63,420 nt of DNA, filler included, from Octopus bimaculoides (GCF_001194135.2; 7 parts of 7 records of this genome joined end to end with filler, not necessarily neighbours in it); one strand, 5' to 3'. Positions 12,741-25,508 are shown, counted from the first letter of the whole stretch. Translations and numbers: made by a program. Notes: generated from the sequence alone by a model not told the origin.

Positions 12741-12849
12741 GCATACACACATATACATATATATTTACATATATGCATACTTACACAGAGTGTGTACGGA
12801 TTAAATTTGACGATATTTTGTTCCCCATTTCTTGTCATATACTACTTCA

Positions 12850-13650
12850 TGTACTGGGGAACAGTCAATCCTTTGGAGATTATAACGATTACAGCTGTCG
12901 AGAAAAATTAACTCACATGGAACACTGAAAGCCATCTTACTATTGGAAAAGAGTTACCTGTATACGCACCCGGTATCAAAATGCCGATATCATGAATGCT
13001 GCTGGGCATGTCCAAAGTATCATGAAAACCGTTTCCCCAAACTTCCGATTATAGAAGCTTATATACACATGCTTGTTAGACACTGTTTTAGAATTATAGT
13101 CAAAAGAAGCAAAGTGAATCAAGGTACCTCAGACCCAACATGTACGTCCTTTGGCATATAGCACATAAACACATATCTTTTAGCTATGTCTGCAGTGACT
13201 GCAACATCATATCGCCCTGCATAATTTGATAGGGACTGAGATTCAATTCAGATGGCTATGTGAGGCTGCTACAGATTGTAGCCAATCGTTGTCTAGAGAG
13301 AGTTAGTGGTAGAAGGCCATACATGTGACAGCACTGTTCCGCTACTTGCCATACTGCGGAAATAGCCAGAAATGATTGTCGGACAATCTCTACGATTTTG
13401 CCAGCCGTAATTTTGGACCTAATTGTAATACCTTGGTTCATATGTGTGGGGCGCGGTTCAGAAAGACAAAATTTGCTCTGACTCCAATAACAAGCCGAGC
13501 TGGCGCTCAAGATCAAGGTATTCGAAGATCTTCCTAGGGACATAATGAGGAACGCATGTCTCAGATTCAGATGTTCTCTAAAACCTAGCAGGTGTAGAAA
13601 GCTTTTCCAGGAGATATCCCGCAGCAAATTTGGCGTATGAAGAAAATGCA
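12850..13650 (-). mobile_element. Bel/Pao LTR retrotransposon RT remnant
   Basis: Minus strand reads SLDNDWLQSV...ISVPIKLCR then, after a frameshift, RYDVAVTADIAKRYVFMCYMPKDVH (motif near 13175-13215). This matches the Pao pattern SLND.L..GP...RFR..VA.TADI.K. Heavily frameshifted; boundaries approximate. Confidence 0.55.
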
Positions 13651-13709
13651 TATACTGTGCAATCGATAATGTTTACATTACTAGAGTTGCTTCCAATTTG
13701 TAAGTTAAA

Positions 13710-13822
<113 letters not shown>

Positions 13823-14467
13823 TATATACGATCTGTGATGAAGCACTGAATTTAAGAGCTCTGTTACTTATTTAAACATGCCGTCGAAATTTAATATATG
13901 ATTTCCTTAAGACAATATTCATAACAAAAAAAAAAAAGGAATTTTATTCGAATTGAATATTGGTAGAAGCAATTTATCTGAGAAGCATATTTAGAAGAAT
14001 GGAAAAGAAACATCTTAATGTCATATAAAAATTTCATTATTATATTCTACAGCTGTTTCCACAGTTTAAATGCAAACATTAGCAGGCACATAATTATTAT
14101 ATGATTAATATATAATTAATTAAATTGAACGAATTTGTTTAGTTATCTCAACGAAATTAATTAATTGTGTATTAATTACTTAATGATCATATGTTTCTTA
14201 CATGACATCTGTAGAACATAATAATGAATGTTGAAAAACTTGGACCACACACAAACACACCCACATTACACGCGCACGTTCGTGTACATCCCCTCCAAAA
14301 CGAACGCCCACACAAATTTCAGCAGTAAACTAAAATGTTATATACTCTGACGTTGCACCCAAATCGTATAAACAAAACGCGAATGAAGAGTTTCCATGTT
14401 GTGATTTAATTAAATGGAAACTCAGAGCATACACAGCGACACATATCCCCGCTACATATATATATAC

Positions 14468-14880
14468 AGCGTTCATATGCACATAATTTTTCACGTCTGG
14501 CCGCATAGCCTTTTCCGTTTGTTTTCCTGTCCAGTTTTCTTTTCCTTTTGTTTTCCTGTCTTGTTTTTTGTCCGCCACTATATTCCTCCATGGCACAGGT
14601 TTAATTTGTGTATACAAATTTAATTTGCGGTCCATGGGAAGAGCCGTTTTAACGATGCGTCCTGCCCAACTCTTCGAAACGCCGGTGTTAAAACGGAGGT
14701 AGCTGATGAAGGAAAATGTTCTCTATGTGACTTGTGTGTTTTCTGTACTCTGGTTATTATTATTTTCTTGTCTACGTGTTGTTTGCAATATCCTGTACCC
14801 AGATATGCACCTATATATACAGGTAGACGTAGGTATGCACATACCTGTATGTATATATGCATATACTTATTTATTATTTG
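14468..14880 (+). mobile_element. Interspersed repeat B, copy 1
   Basis: Highly similar to 35373-35648 and partly to 37265-37480 (-). Confidence 0.85.
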
Positions 14881-15109
14881 NNNNNNNNNNNNNNNNNNNN
14901 NNNNNNNNNNNNNNNNNNNNNNNNNNNNNNNNNNNNNNNNNNNNNNNNNNNNNNNNNNNNNNNNNNNNNNNNNNNNNNNNNNNNNNNNNNNNNNNNNNNN
15001 NNNNNNNNNNNNNNNNNNNNNNNNNNNNNNNNNNNNNNNNNNNNNNNNNNNNNNNNNNNNNNNNNNNNNNNNNNNNNNNNNNNNNNNNNNNNNNNNNNNN
15101 NNNNNAAAT

Positions 15110-15163
15110 ACCAAGGCTGTGAAGATTCTAGAATAAATGTTCTAAAATCTTCACACCCTTGGT
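15110..15163. repeat. Hairpin with 25-bp arms and a 4-nt loop
   Basis: accaaggctgtgaagattctagaat / aaat / gttctaaaatcttcacacccttggt; 22 of 25 positions complementary. Confidence 0.85.
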
Positions 15164-15319
15164 TTTTTTTAATCTCATTCTGAAAAAATAAAATTTTTAT
15201 ATATACACACGCTGATATATGACCTACTTTGGACTCCTTATTCGCATAATCACCGAACGTAGACATATGCATATACATACATACACACACACACACCCAC
15301 ACACACACATATATATATA

Positions 15320-15403
<84 letters not shown>

Positions 15404-15667
15404 AATCTAATTTATGATACAACTTGTTCAGGTTGTGGACATAACTATATAGGATATACAAGTATGGCACCAGCACGGAGAGCCACACTACATAAGGAAC
15501 AGATCTGTTTTTCCACAGTACACAAAATTCCTTTGAGTGAACACATATAGTGATGTTCAGGTACACAGAGAGAGATCTCCATCTACCAGTGCAAAGAAAC
15601 AATTCCTGTACAAACCTGTTTAAATAAGGAAAATTTATCCAACATTTTAGAACACTCCAAAATGTAA
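15404..15667 (+). mobile_element. Decayed PLE GIY-YIG endonuclease fragment, same family as 28610-28945
   Basis: NLIYDTTCSGCGHNYIGYTSMAPARRATLHKEQICFSTVHKIPLSEHI**CSGTQREISIYQCKETIPVQTCLNKE. It begins directly after (TAA)n(GAA)n. Confidence 0.85.
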
Positions 15668-15864
15668 ACACATAACCAACTTTGGTTTCAGTTCTAGGTA
15701 TTGTCTGGGAAGTCGACCGTCCTCTGTTGCTAATAATAGCTGTAGACAATCGAATTATTTAAAGATATGTAGTAGGTCTTTCCTAAACTTGTAGTGACGT
15801 AGGATTACCTTTTTCCTGTTCATGATGATTTTGATATCGATGTAACTTATATTCGTGAATTGCC

Positions 15865-15985
15865 CGGGTCGTTTGTGTGTGCTATAGGTGCTATAGATTT
15901 GTTCGGCTAAAACCCTTCCGGGTGGTGCCCCAGGGTGGGCACAGTCAAATGACTAAAACACGTAAAAGATAGAAGATAAAAGATA
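15865..15985 (+). mobile_element. SINE 3' fragment with the CR1-like tail (as at 59314)
   Basis: ggtggtgccccagggtgggcacagtcaaatgactaaaacacgtaaaagata. Confidence 0.6.
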
Positions 15986-16104
15986 CAGATGCACACACAC
16001 ACGCAAACATATATATATATTTATATATATATATATACATAGATGCATACACACACATACACATACAAACACATACACACAAACTCACATACATACATGC
16101 ATAC

Positions 16105-16136
<32 letters not shown>

Positions 16137-16263
16137 NNNNNNNNNNNNNNNNNNNNNNNNNNNNNNNNNNNNNNNNNNNNNNNNNNNNNNNNNNNNNNNN
16201 NNNNNNNNNNNNNNNNNNNNNNNNNNNNNNNNNNNNNNATATATATACATATATATATATACG

Positions 16264-16297
<34 letters not shown>

Positions 16298-16813
16298 CAT
16301 ATAAGGGCTTTCACATATATGTGTTTATATAATATGTATTTATATGTATACGTTTATACACACATAAATATATTCATGCCTATACACATTTACACAGATG
16401 CATATTACGCTTCTTGAGATGAGAATTATCTATGTATTTGTATGTTACTACAACCATACTTACAAGCTACCGCTACATTACCTTTCGTCTTCCAATTAAC
16501 TTCCCCCTGGTGAGTGTGCCAAATATTTGGACACAATCGCCGCCAAGAAAGATGGCTGTAACAGCAGAGTCGTAACTTCGAGAAAATGAATGTACATACA
16601 TAATAACGCCTTAAATAAGTATATAGCGTACAAGAAACTTTTTCAGCGTCAATAATCAACAAAGTACGTACACTTATATATATATGCAAACGCACACGCA
16701 TACTTGTATACAATGAAGCAAACAAACATATCTATATGTATTTCTACATATGTAGGATTTTACAAAAGCGTGTTGTATAGCTGAATTATTTATATGTATA
16801 TATATATATAAAG

Positions 16814-17094
16814 AATTGCAGCGTGGAGGAAATATATAAGCCATTTAAAAACATACAAAAATCATTAGATTCGCAGCAACATTTAAATTTAATTTGTCAA
16901 AATATTTTCGTCGCTTTGAAACTGCAACCTGTTCACTGACAAAATTTCGTGCTGCATCAGAATTTTGTCACTGAACAGGCCACGATTTCAAAGCGAGGAA
17001 AATATTTTGAAAAATTAAATTTAAATGTTGAAGTGGATCTAACAGTTTTTGTGTGTTTCTTAAATGGCATATAAACACCTTCTACACTGCAATT
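16814..17094. repeat. 281-bp foldback palindrome (palindromic MITE or hairpin locus)
   Basis: Arms 16814-16946 and 16961-17094 around a 14-nt loop. The inner 70 bp are about 61/70 complementary; the outer arms are more diverged. Confidence 0.9.
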
Positions 17095-17599
17095 GTTTTC
17101 GCTTAAGCACATGATCTCATATATGAGGTCATCTGCTATGCTATGCAAGTACATCTCCGTAATATATATATATATATTCATATGCGTGAATGTATGAGCG
17201 CATATATGAATGTCTGTCTGTATGTATGCACATATGTATGTTTTTTTCTCTCTATTTTTCGAATGAAAGCCGGCTCCTTACCGCAAAGCAATGTCCTTTC
17301 ATTGGAATTTAGGTGAGATACAGGGTAGTTGTATGTATGTATGGGTGTGTGTGTGTGTGTATATGCATGTATATGTATGTGTGCTTGTGTATGTATAAGA
17401 GGGTATATATTAGCTTGATGCTTGGAAAAAATTTAAGATGGTAAAATGGAGGTAGTGCGACGTTTCAATCACGGAAAGAGGTAAATATTCAGAGAAAAGG
17501 AACAGAATAGTCCGAGAAGAGCACGTGTGCTGCTACGAACACACACACACATACACACATCTCTCTCACTCTCTCTCTCGCTCTCTCTCTTTCTATATA

Positions 17600-17653
<54 letters not shown>

Positions 17654-18003
17654 CACACATATATATATATATATAGATATAGATACACATACACACACAG
17701 ACGTATATAGATAAAACATGCGTACATATATGAGTGTACGTCTCACATTGTTTTAGGATCTATTTGAATTACTATTTTGCTATTTTTTCGTAGTATTCAA
17801 TGCAGCCACATTGTATTTGACACGGTTCCTTCGTCTAAAGAATTTTTTCGAAATTTGTGAATAATCGCGGGATATAATGCGTGCACATATATGCGGGCGC
17901 GTGTATCGATAAACCTGCATTCATATAGTAGGTGTTTATGCCGATTTCATACATAACAGTTAGAGAGTGAATATAATTTATTTGTGTTCGCGCGCGCGTA
18001 TCT

Positions 18004-18303
18004 GCTTATGGCTCAGTGGTTTGATCGTTGGGCTCAGAATCATGAGTTCGATTCCCCGATGTGATTGCATGTTGTGTTGTTGAGCAGGGCACTTTATTTC
18101 ACGTTGCTCAAGTTTACTCAGCTGTAGAAATGAGTTAAGGCGTTATTGGTGCTAAGATATATTGGTAATTGCCTTTCCCATGGATATCGTCGGTAGCCTG
18201 GAAGGGGAACCTGATATGCATGGGTGATTGCTGGTCTTGTGCTTCGGAAGGGAACTTACTAGGTGTAATCCTATGGTCATTCATGACCGAACGTGGTCCT
18301 TTA
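18004..18303 (+). mobile_element. tRNA-derived SINE, separate family
   Basis: A-box-like tggctcagtgg, B-box-like gagttcgattcc, body ttgagcagggcactttatttcacgttgctc. Confidence 0.7.
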
Positions 18304-19838
18304 TTTTTCTTTCATCTGCTTATGTATTATATACATATGTAATAGTATGAATTTCTTCAATCCACTGAACTCAAATGCAGAATTTCTGAGACGCAGTGTG
18401 TCTGTGTGTGCTCGTGTGTGTCTGCGTGTGTGTATTCATATATATATATTGCCCCATATTTGTATGTATTATTGGTTGCACTTATACATTTATATAATCA
18501 TGACTATAGGTTTGTAATTGAGCACATATATATGTGTGCACGATATATCTAACTTGACGTATGAATATATACGTATACATAATTTTTCACATCACCTTTG
18601 TATACAAGCATAATAAAAGTTTTAGTTCTAGAATTTTTTACACGTTTACACAGTCTCGAATGGTTTGTATACGTAAACGCTAAATTAGTCGTGTTTTTCT
18701 TGGTTCTGTGACACTTAAGTTTCTCAAGAATGGGGCTGATGCAGTTAATTACGCATTGTATATGTTTGTATGCATGAATGGATTGAGGTGCGCATTCATG
18801 CATATATGAATCTATGTGTGTGTGACTGTACATGTGTATGTACAAATAATAATTTATTTTAAGTCTGTGTGTAAATGTATAACGGTTGATATATGCTCTT
18901 ATTTATATTACGTGTAAATTAATTCTTTCTTAATTCAGGAGCCTATGCATTTTCTCAGAGAAAAAAGCATTGTTATTTTGGGAGATTACAAATAAGAGAT
19001 TGGATACAAAGTTTATATGATGGATGTCACGTTTTACTTTTGCTCTCAAGATCTCAAGATTTAATCATACTGTTAGCAAAATGTTTTGAAGCTTCGAGAT
19101 ACTTGAATTAATTTATGTAAAAAAATCCACGTACATGCTTCTCTCTTACGCATGCACAGACGCAATGCACCCACAAACACATACACAAAAAGAGAAGAGA
19201 AGAGAAGAGAGAGAGAGAGGGTAATCCAGTTATATTTATATGTGTATTGTAATTAACAAAACTGTAAATATACACAAGTTAATAAAAATATTCGTCTGTC
19301 TGTGTGTGTCAGTGTGTGTGTATAAAAATACATTTGTCTTTAAGTGTCTGTGTGTGCAAGCGCAAATGTGAGTATGTATGCATAACTGTGTAATACTGAT
19401 ACAGTGATAATTTACCCCGAATTCGCTATATTACGTGTAAACAACTTTTTCGTGATATATTAATCATGTTTTAATATAATCATTCTGATTTTGCAAATAG
19501 AAAAACTGTACAGGGCAAATATTCACAACGTCTATAGATATACCTATATACCTACATCTTTTCATATGTGCGTTCATGGATACATACCGATAATCATCGA
19601 TATGTAAGTATATCAGTAAGAGAGTAGGCTTGCGCTAAATATTAATAATCATCTAAATGCAACAGGATGGAAATAAATTTGAATAATCATATTCGTATTC
19701 TCATTATTTTTCTCTCACCAGATTGAAATATATATTTACCTTCCTTCCTGTTACACATAAACACACGCCCACATACATACATGGAACTATGCTAGAGCAA
19801 ACACACGCACGCATGCACACTCACGCACCAACACACAA

Positions 19839-19869
<31 letters not shown>

Positions 19870-19876
19870 GACACAC

Positions 19877-19948
<72 letters not shown>

Positions 19949-20974
19949 GGTTTCGAGTCAGTGACGTGTCCACAACAGATATTTTGTCTCCAGACGGATT
20001 CATCATCTATTACTTCGTGGCGTGACAATTTCGCAAAGTTTTAGAATCATGAAGTTATCTCCCCTATAGCTTTAGAGTCGGTATCGGTTTGCTCCAACCG
20101 ATAGTATTACCCACTCTGGAAGCGTATGTCAAGAATTTCTCTTCTATGATATTCAATAGACCCTTCCTTGTTCGACGTTGCTGTTCAAGTACGTGCTACT
20201 GGTTACTCTGAATTATAATGTTGGTGGTGATAGTGGTGGTGGTGTTGCTGGTGGTGGTATTAGTATTCATGAAACGATCGTAAGATCTCTCAAATCTTTT
20301 TAAATAATCATAGTTATACTTTATATATTTATTTATTAATACAATATTATTTATATTATGGACGTATCTCTACTGTGATTTTTATGATATAATTTTTCCT
20401 ATTGTTACTTTCTAGTATATAATCACTGTTATTGTTTCTCTAAACACCTTTTAAGATTTTAGACATTTCTCATATCAAGAGCACTTATCTGAAATCCAGT
20501 ACAATTTATCTTCTGTCAGCACGTGTGTATATATTTGCTAGATGGGTTAAAACAAGTGTAGTGATTAATAGAAGTTCACGAATCTTTCTTCCATCGTCCG
20601 CCTTTCATTTGTCATATAATATTTGAGTGTGTGTGTGTCTGTGTGTGTGAAGTGTATATATATGTGTGTGTATGTTTGTGTGTGTGTAAGTATATATATA
20701 TATNNNNNNNNNNNNNNNNNNNNNNNNNNNNNNNNNNNNNNNNNNNNNNNNNNNNNNNNNNNNNNNNNNNNNNNNNNNNNNNNNNNNNNNNNNNNNNNNN
20801 NNNNNNNNNNNNNNNNNNNNNNNNNNNNNNNNNNNNNNNNNNNNNNNNNNNNNNNNNNNNNNNNNNNNNNNNNNNNNNNNNNNNNNNNNNNNNNNNNNNN
20901 NNNNNNNNNNNNNNNNNNNNNNNNNNNNNNNNNNNNNNNNNNNNNNNNNNNNNNTATATGTTTTGGAGAATTTA

Positions 20975-21125
20975 CGAAAAAAAAACAACAGCAGACGAGG
21001 ACAGGTGGTGTAAACAACAAAAGGATGTATTAGTTTAACGCTCGGGAATTGAGAATGTCTTTAACGTTTCGAGCTACGCTCTTCAACAGAAAGAATACGG
21101 AGAAAACAAGGAGAAAAACACGGAG
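20975..21125 (-). mobile_element. Short repeat A, copy 2
   Basis: The reverse complement matches 10205-10333. Confidence 0.7.
21058..21094 (-). ncRNA. Putative minimal type I hammerhead ribozyme (variant core), copy 2
   Basis: UCUUU-CUGUUGA-A-GAGC(GUA)GCUC-GAAAC-GUU-AAAGA; identical to copy 1 except for a GUU triplet. Confidence 0.5.
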
Positions 21126-21441
21126 TGTGTGTGTGCGTGCGTGTGTGTATGTATGTATGTATGTATGTATGTATATGTGTATGCATGTACGTATGTTTGT
21201 ATACATCTCATTCAAGGAAAAAAATTCACAAAAAATGCGTCCATCCTCAGCTAATCATTTTCTTGAAAATGCGACGAGACAATCAAATTCAATTAACATA
21301 TAATGGAGGCGAACATTTTCTTCAAGATATGAACATCTCCATTTGATGCGCCTACCTAGTTCAGTCAACACCCAAACAGCAGAACTGTGATAGTATTGTA
21401 AGAAGGAGCAGTAAAATAATAGCGGATGAAATACTATTGAT

Positions 21442-21443
<2 letters not shown>

Positions 21444-21506
<63 letters not shown>

Positions 21507-21510
21507 TAAA

Positions 21511-21570
<60 letters not shown>
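21444..21570. repeat. (AAT)n microsatellite running into a gap
   Basis: Direct run. Confidence 0.95.
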
Positions 21571-21733
21571 NNNNNNNNNNNNNNNNNNNNNNNNNNNNNN
21601 NNNNNNNNNNNNNNNNNNNNNNNNNNNNNNNNNNNNNNNNNNNNNNNNNNNNNNNNNNNNNNNNNNNNNNNNNNNNNNNNNNNNNNNNNNNNNNNNNNNN
21701 NNNNNNNNNNNNNNNNNNNNNNNNNNNNNNNNN

Positions 21734-21950
21734 AAAACACCAGGACTTACAAATATATATAACATACAGAAAATTGCACTACTGGGTACTGCACACATTC
21801 TACGCAAAACACTTTCAATACAGTAAACATAAGAGCACCACAGCACATACCCAAGGCGCACAGAGCTGCGCTCGGTAGTGAAGTGAAAGCACGTTATAAA
21901 AATAAAACTACTGAATAATGATGATAATAATAATAATAATAATAATAAAA
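21734..21950 (+). mobile_element. 3' end of an R4/Dong-like non-LTR retrotransposon with an (AAT)n tail
   Basis: KTPGLTNIYNIQKIALLGTAHILRKTLSIQ* (stop at 21824-21826) parallels LLQKVCLLGTARIIRKVLDS* of the 40674 element. A ~85-nt 3' UTR is followed by AAT repeats. Confidence 0.8.
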
Positions 21951-21985
21951 AGAACAGTAGTAGTAGTAGTAGTAGTAGTAGTAGC

Positions 21986-22055
<70 letters not shown>

Positions 22056-22444
22056 ATTTTGAACATTTAGCGAAAAAATGCCGTCGAGGAGCGATACTGT
22101 AAATCATAGTGAATATAAATTACACTCATAACTATTGCATTATTTGTATTGTAATTCTGGTGGAACTAAATTGTAAAGACAACAATGGAATCAGCGAGTT
22201 GCTCTGGTGTGAACTGTCCTGTGATCTTGTGAAATCTAGTCATGATTATGGAGGTGTTAGACATTGATAAATCACGAGATAAATTTTATATGGCTGGGTT
22301 TTAGAGATTTGTGAATAGTATCAATATAATATCTTGTAGCCACTTAATTGGAAACCAGTGATGTAGTGGTATGTTAATGACGCTGTGTCATGATATATTC
22401 CTAATGGGCTTTTCAGTTCAGTTCCATCTACCTACCAACATAAC

Positions 22445-22820
22445 GTACGTACCTACTTACCTACCTGCCTGCCTGTCTAGCAACCTACCTACCTACCTAC
22501 CTACCTACCTACCTACCTACCTACCTACCTACCTACCTTATTTCTTTATTGCCCACAAGGTGGTAAACATAGAGCGGACAAACAAAGACAGACAAAGAGA
22601 TTAAGTCGATTACATCGACTCCAGTGCGTAACTGATACTTAATTTATCGACCCTGAAAGGATGAAAGGCAAAGTCGACCTCGGCGGAACTCGAACTCAGA
22701 ACGTAATGGCAGACGAAATACTGCTAAGCATTTCGATCAGCGTGCTAACGTTTCTGCCAGCTCACCGCCTTAGGTAGGTAGGTACCTACCTACCTACCTA
22801 CCTACCTACCTACCTACTTA

Positions 22821-22852
<32 letters not shown>

Positions 22853-22936
22853 ACTGCCTGCCTACCTACCTACCTACCTACCTACCTACCTACCTTCCTA
22901 CCTACCTACCTACCTACCTACCTACCTACCTACCTA
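22445..22936. repeat. (TACC)n/(TGCC)n tetranucleotide array interrupted by a SINE
   Basis: Direct runs on both sides of 22537-22772. Confidence 0.9.
22537..22772 (-). mobile_element. SINE family 1, full length, tail type i
   Basis: Complete head, core and ccttgtgggcaataaagaaataag tail on the - strand. Confidence 0.9.
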
Positions 22937-23403
22937 TATACGCATATAGCACCTACATGCATACAAAATACACACGTATATAGATAGATAGATACCATCA
23001 CCTCTCAACCTCTCTCTCATTCACTTTCTGTATGTCTGTTTGTCTCTCTCTCCCTCCCTCTCTCTCTCGCTCTATAAATATATATATAAGCATATATTTG
23101 TATATATATGCAGCAAGGCTGAAAAAACAGAAAGAATATACGTATCATTTAAACTGTTAGTGGTTGTTTGATGGAGTGGAGCATTGATTAAACGGGCTAC
23201 TCCACTCTAGATTCTTGTGGTGAGCAGAATATATGAACAGCTTGACAAAACAAAACACAATAGCTTTCTAAACGTAGTGATGGACGCAACAACGATAGTC
23301 AAAGGCCATCAGTGAAGCAAGAATTGGAACTGTGACCTTTGGGCTTGGCATTTCAACTCTCTGAGAAACTGTTGCAGACTAATATTTTTCAAACTTTACT
23401 CAC

Positions 23404-23490
23404 CTAATAACCCAAATGAAAGAATTCCTGTGACGACAAGTGCAAGGGCCATTCACTGTTGTTTAAATTAATTTCACAATTCTTTACGTG
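23404..23490 (-). CDS. Candidate first coding exon encoding a signal-peptide-like segment (MALALVVTGILSFGLL, ATG at 23452)
   Basis: Acceptor ggtctattattgcag, strong donor TAG|gtgagt, an in-frame TGA immediately before the ATG, 16 hydrophobic codons and a phase-1 end. Confidence 0.45.
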   Translation of the reverse strand, partial: HVKNCEINLNNSEWPLHLSSQEFFHLGY

Positions 23491-24707
23491 CTGCAATAAT
23501 AGACCAATACCATTACTAATATACACACATATATATATATATATATATGTTTGTATGTGTGTGTCTGTGTGTCTGTGCGTATTTATGCACGTACTATTGT
23601 GCATAAATACTACAGTTTATTTAGTAACAATGCCTTTAATTTTGCATCTACAACTTGCCACTGATGATATATATATACCCCTGTATCAGATCAGTTGGAA
23701 GTCGAGTGTACATCATTTTGTGAATATTTCCTTGCTTGTCCCTTCCTCGTTTCATAATTTGAAAAAAATATATCTGTACTTTAATATATCATGTCTCTCG
23801 CCTTACTGCCTTGCTGAATGTTTTTAGACGTATGTATTTATATGAGATCATCCTTCAGAGAGATTCACTGGCGCCGCACGTAATTATGTTCCTCTACAAG
23901 AATTTTCTGTGACGATGGTAATGGGAGGGTGTTTCTGCATTTAGGCAGCTGAAAAGCTTTCTTTCGAACCCCACTGAGTAAGTCCAAGTTTTCTTGCAAA
24001 GGTTTTACAAATGAGATTTATGGTTGCCTAGATTTATTGCCTTTTCTGTCTCGTTTTCGTAGTTTTATGTTTCGTTCTAAATGACTATCTAGGTTTATTG
24101 ATCACTGGACTTTCTGTTAAATATGTGCACATGATCTGCATATGATAGAAGTATTAAATTAATTTGTTCATATATAACTTATGATAGTACATACATATAA
24201 GCATACACTTCAGCACAATTGCACATACACATCAACATATATCACATACCAACCAATACAAACACATATATATATATACATATATATACAAATGTATGTC
24301 TATAATGTATTCATATATATACTTATAGTACATACATTATACATATATGTATACATACACACGTATATATATATATGTATATATATAAAGCTGAGATTTA
24401 TGTGGCATATCTATTGAAGCAATCAAATGATATTTCCCCGGATAGAGAATGTAATATCCAAGCTAGAGTATATAACATTCGTGACAATATGAATATGATG
24501 TTAATATACATCAATAATAATATTCATATTTCCTACCGTATTTTGCGTGTAATTTTTAAAATATATCTATATTAAATTACATTATCATGGTCAAGTTTAG
24601 AATATTGAAAACGCTGTGTCTATCATATGATGTTACATTATATTGGGATTAGTGTATGCATGTATATAGGTGTGTGCATAGATAGATTTCCCAAAAATGT
24701 TTCTCTA

Positions 24708-24752
<45 letters not shown>

Positions 24753-25459
24753 NNNNNNNNNNNNNNNNNNNNNNNNNNNNNNNNNNNNNNNNNNNNNNNN
24801 NNNNNNNNNNNNNNNNNNNNNNNNNNNNNNNNNNNNNNNNNNNNNNNNNNNNNNNNNNNNNNNNNNNNNNNNNNNNNNNNNNNNNNNNNNNNNNNNNNNN
24901 NNNNNNNNNNNNNNNNNNNNNNNNNNNNNNNNNNNNNNNNNNNNNNNNNNNNNNNNNNNNNNNNNNNNNNNNNNNNNNNNNNNNNNNNNNNNNNNNNNNN
25001 NNNNNNNNNNNNNNNNNNNNNNNNNNNNNNNNNNNNNNNNNNNNNNNNNNNNNNNNNNNNNNNNNNNNNNNNNNNNNNNNNNNNNNNNNNNNNNNNNNNN
25101 NNNNNNNNNNNNNNNNNNNNNNNNNNNNNNNNNNNNNNNNNNNNNNNNNNNNNNNNNNNNNNNNNNNNNNNNNNNNNNNNNNNNNNNNNNNNNNNNNNNN
25201 NNNNNNNNNNNNNNNNNNNNNNNNNNNNNNNNNNNNNNNNNNNNNNNNNNNNNNNNNNNNNNNNNNNNNNNNNNNNNNNNNNNNNNNNNNNNNNNNNNNN
25301 NNNNNNNNNNNNNNNNNNNNNNNNNNNNNNNNNNNNNNNNNNNNNNNNNNNNNNNNNNNNNNNNNNNNNNNNNNNNNNNNNNNNNNNNNNNNNNNNNNNN
25401 NNNNNNNNNNNNNNNNNNNNNNNNNNNNNNNNNNNNNNNNNNNNNNNNNNNNNNNNNNN

Positions 25460-25508
<49 letters not shown>

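Noticed and set aside
16470-16560. Exon-like signals on both strands
   Set aside because: Mutually exclusive + and - predictions with several open frames; no way to choose
18939-19111. Strong acceptor followed by a 57-codon frame (GAYAFSQRKKHCYFG...)
   Set aside because: No credible donor and only a vague PAN-like resemblance
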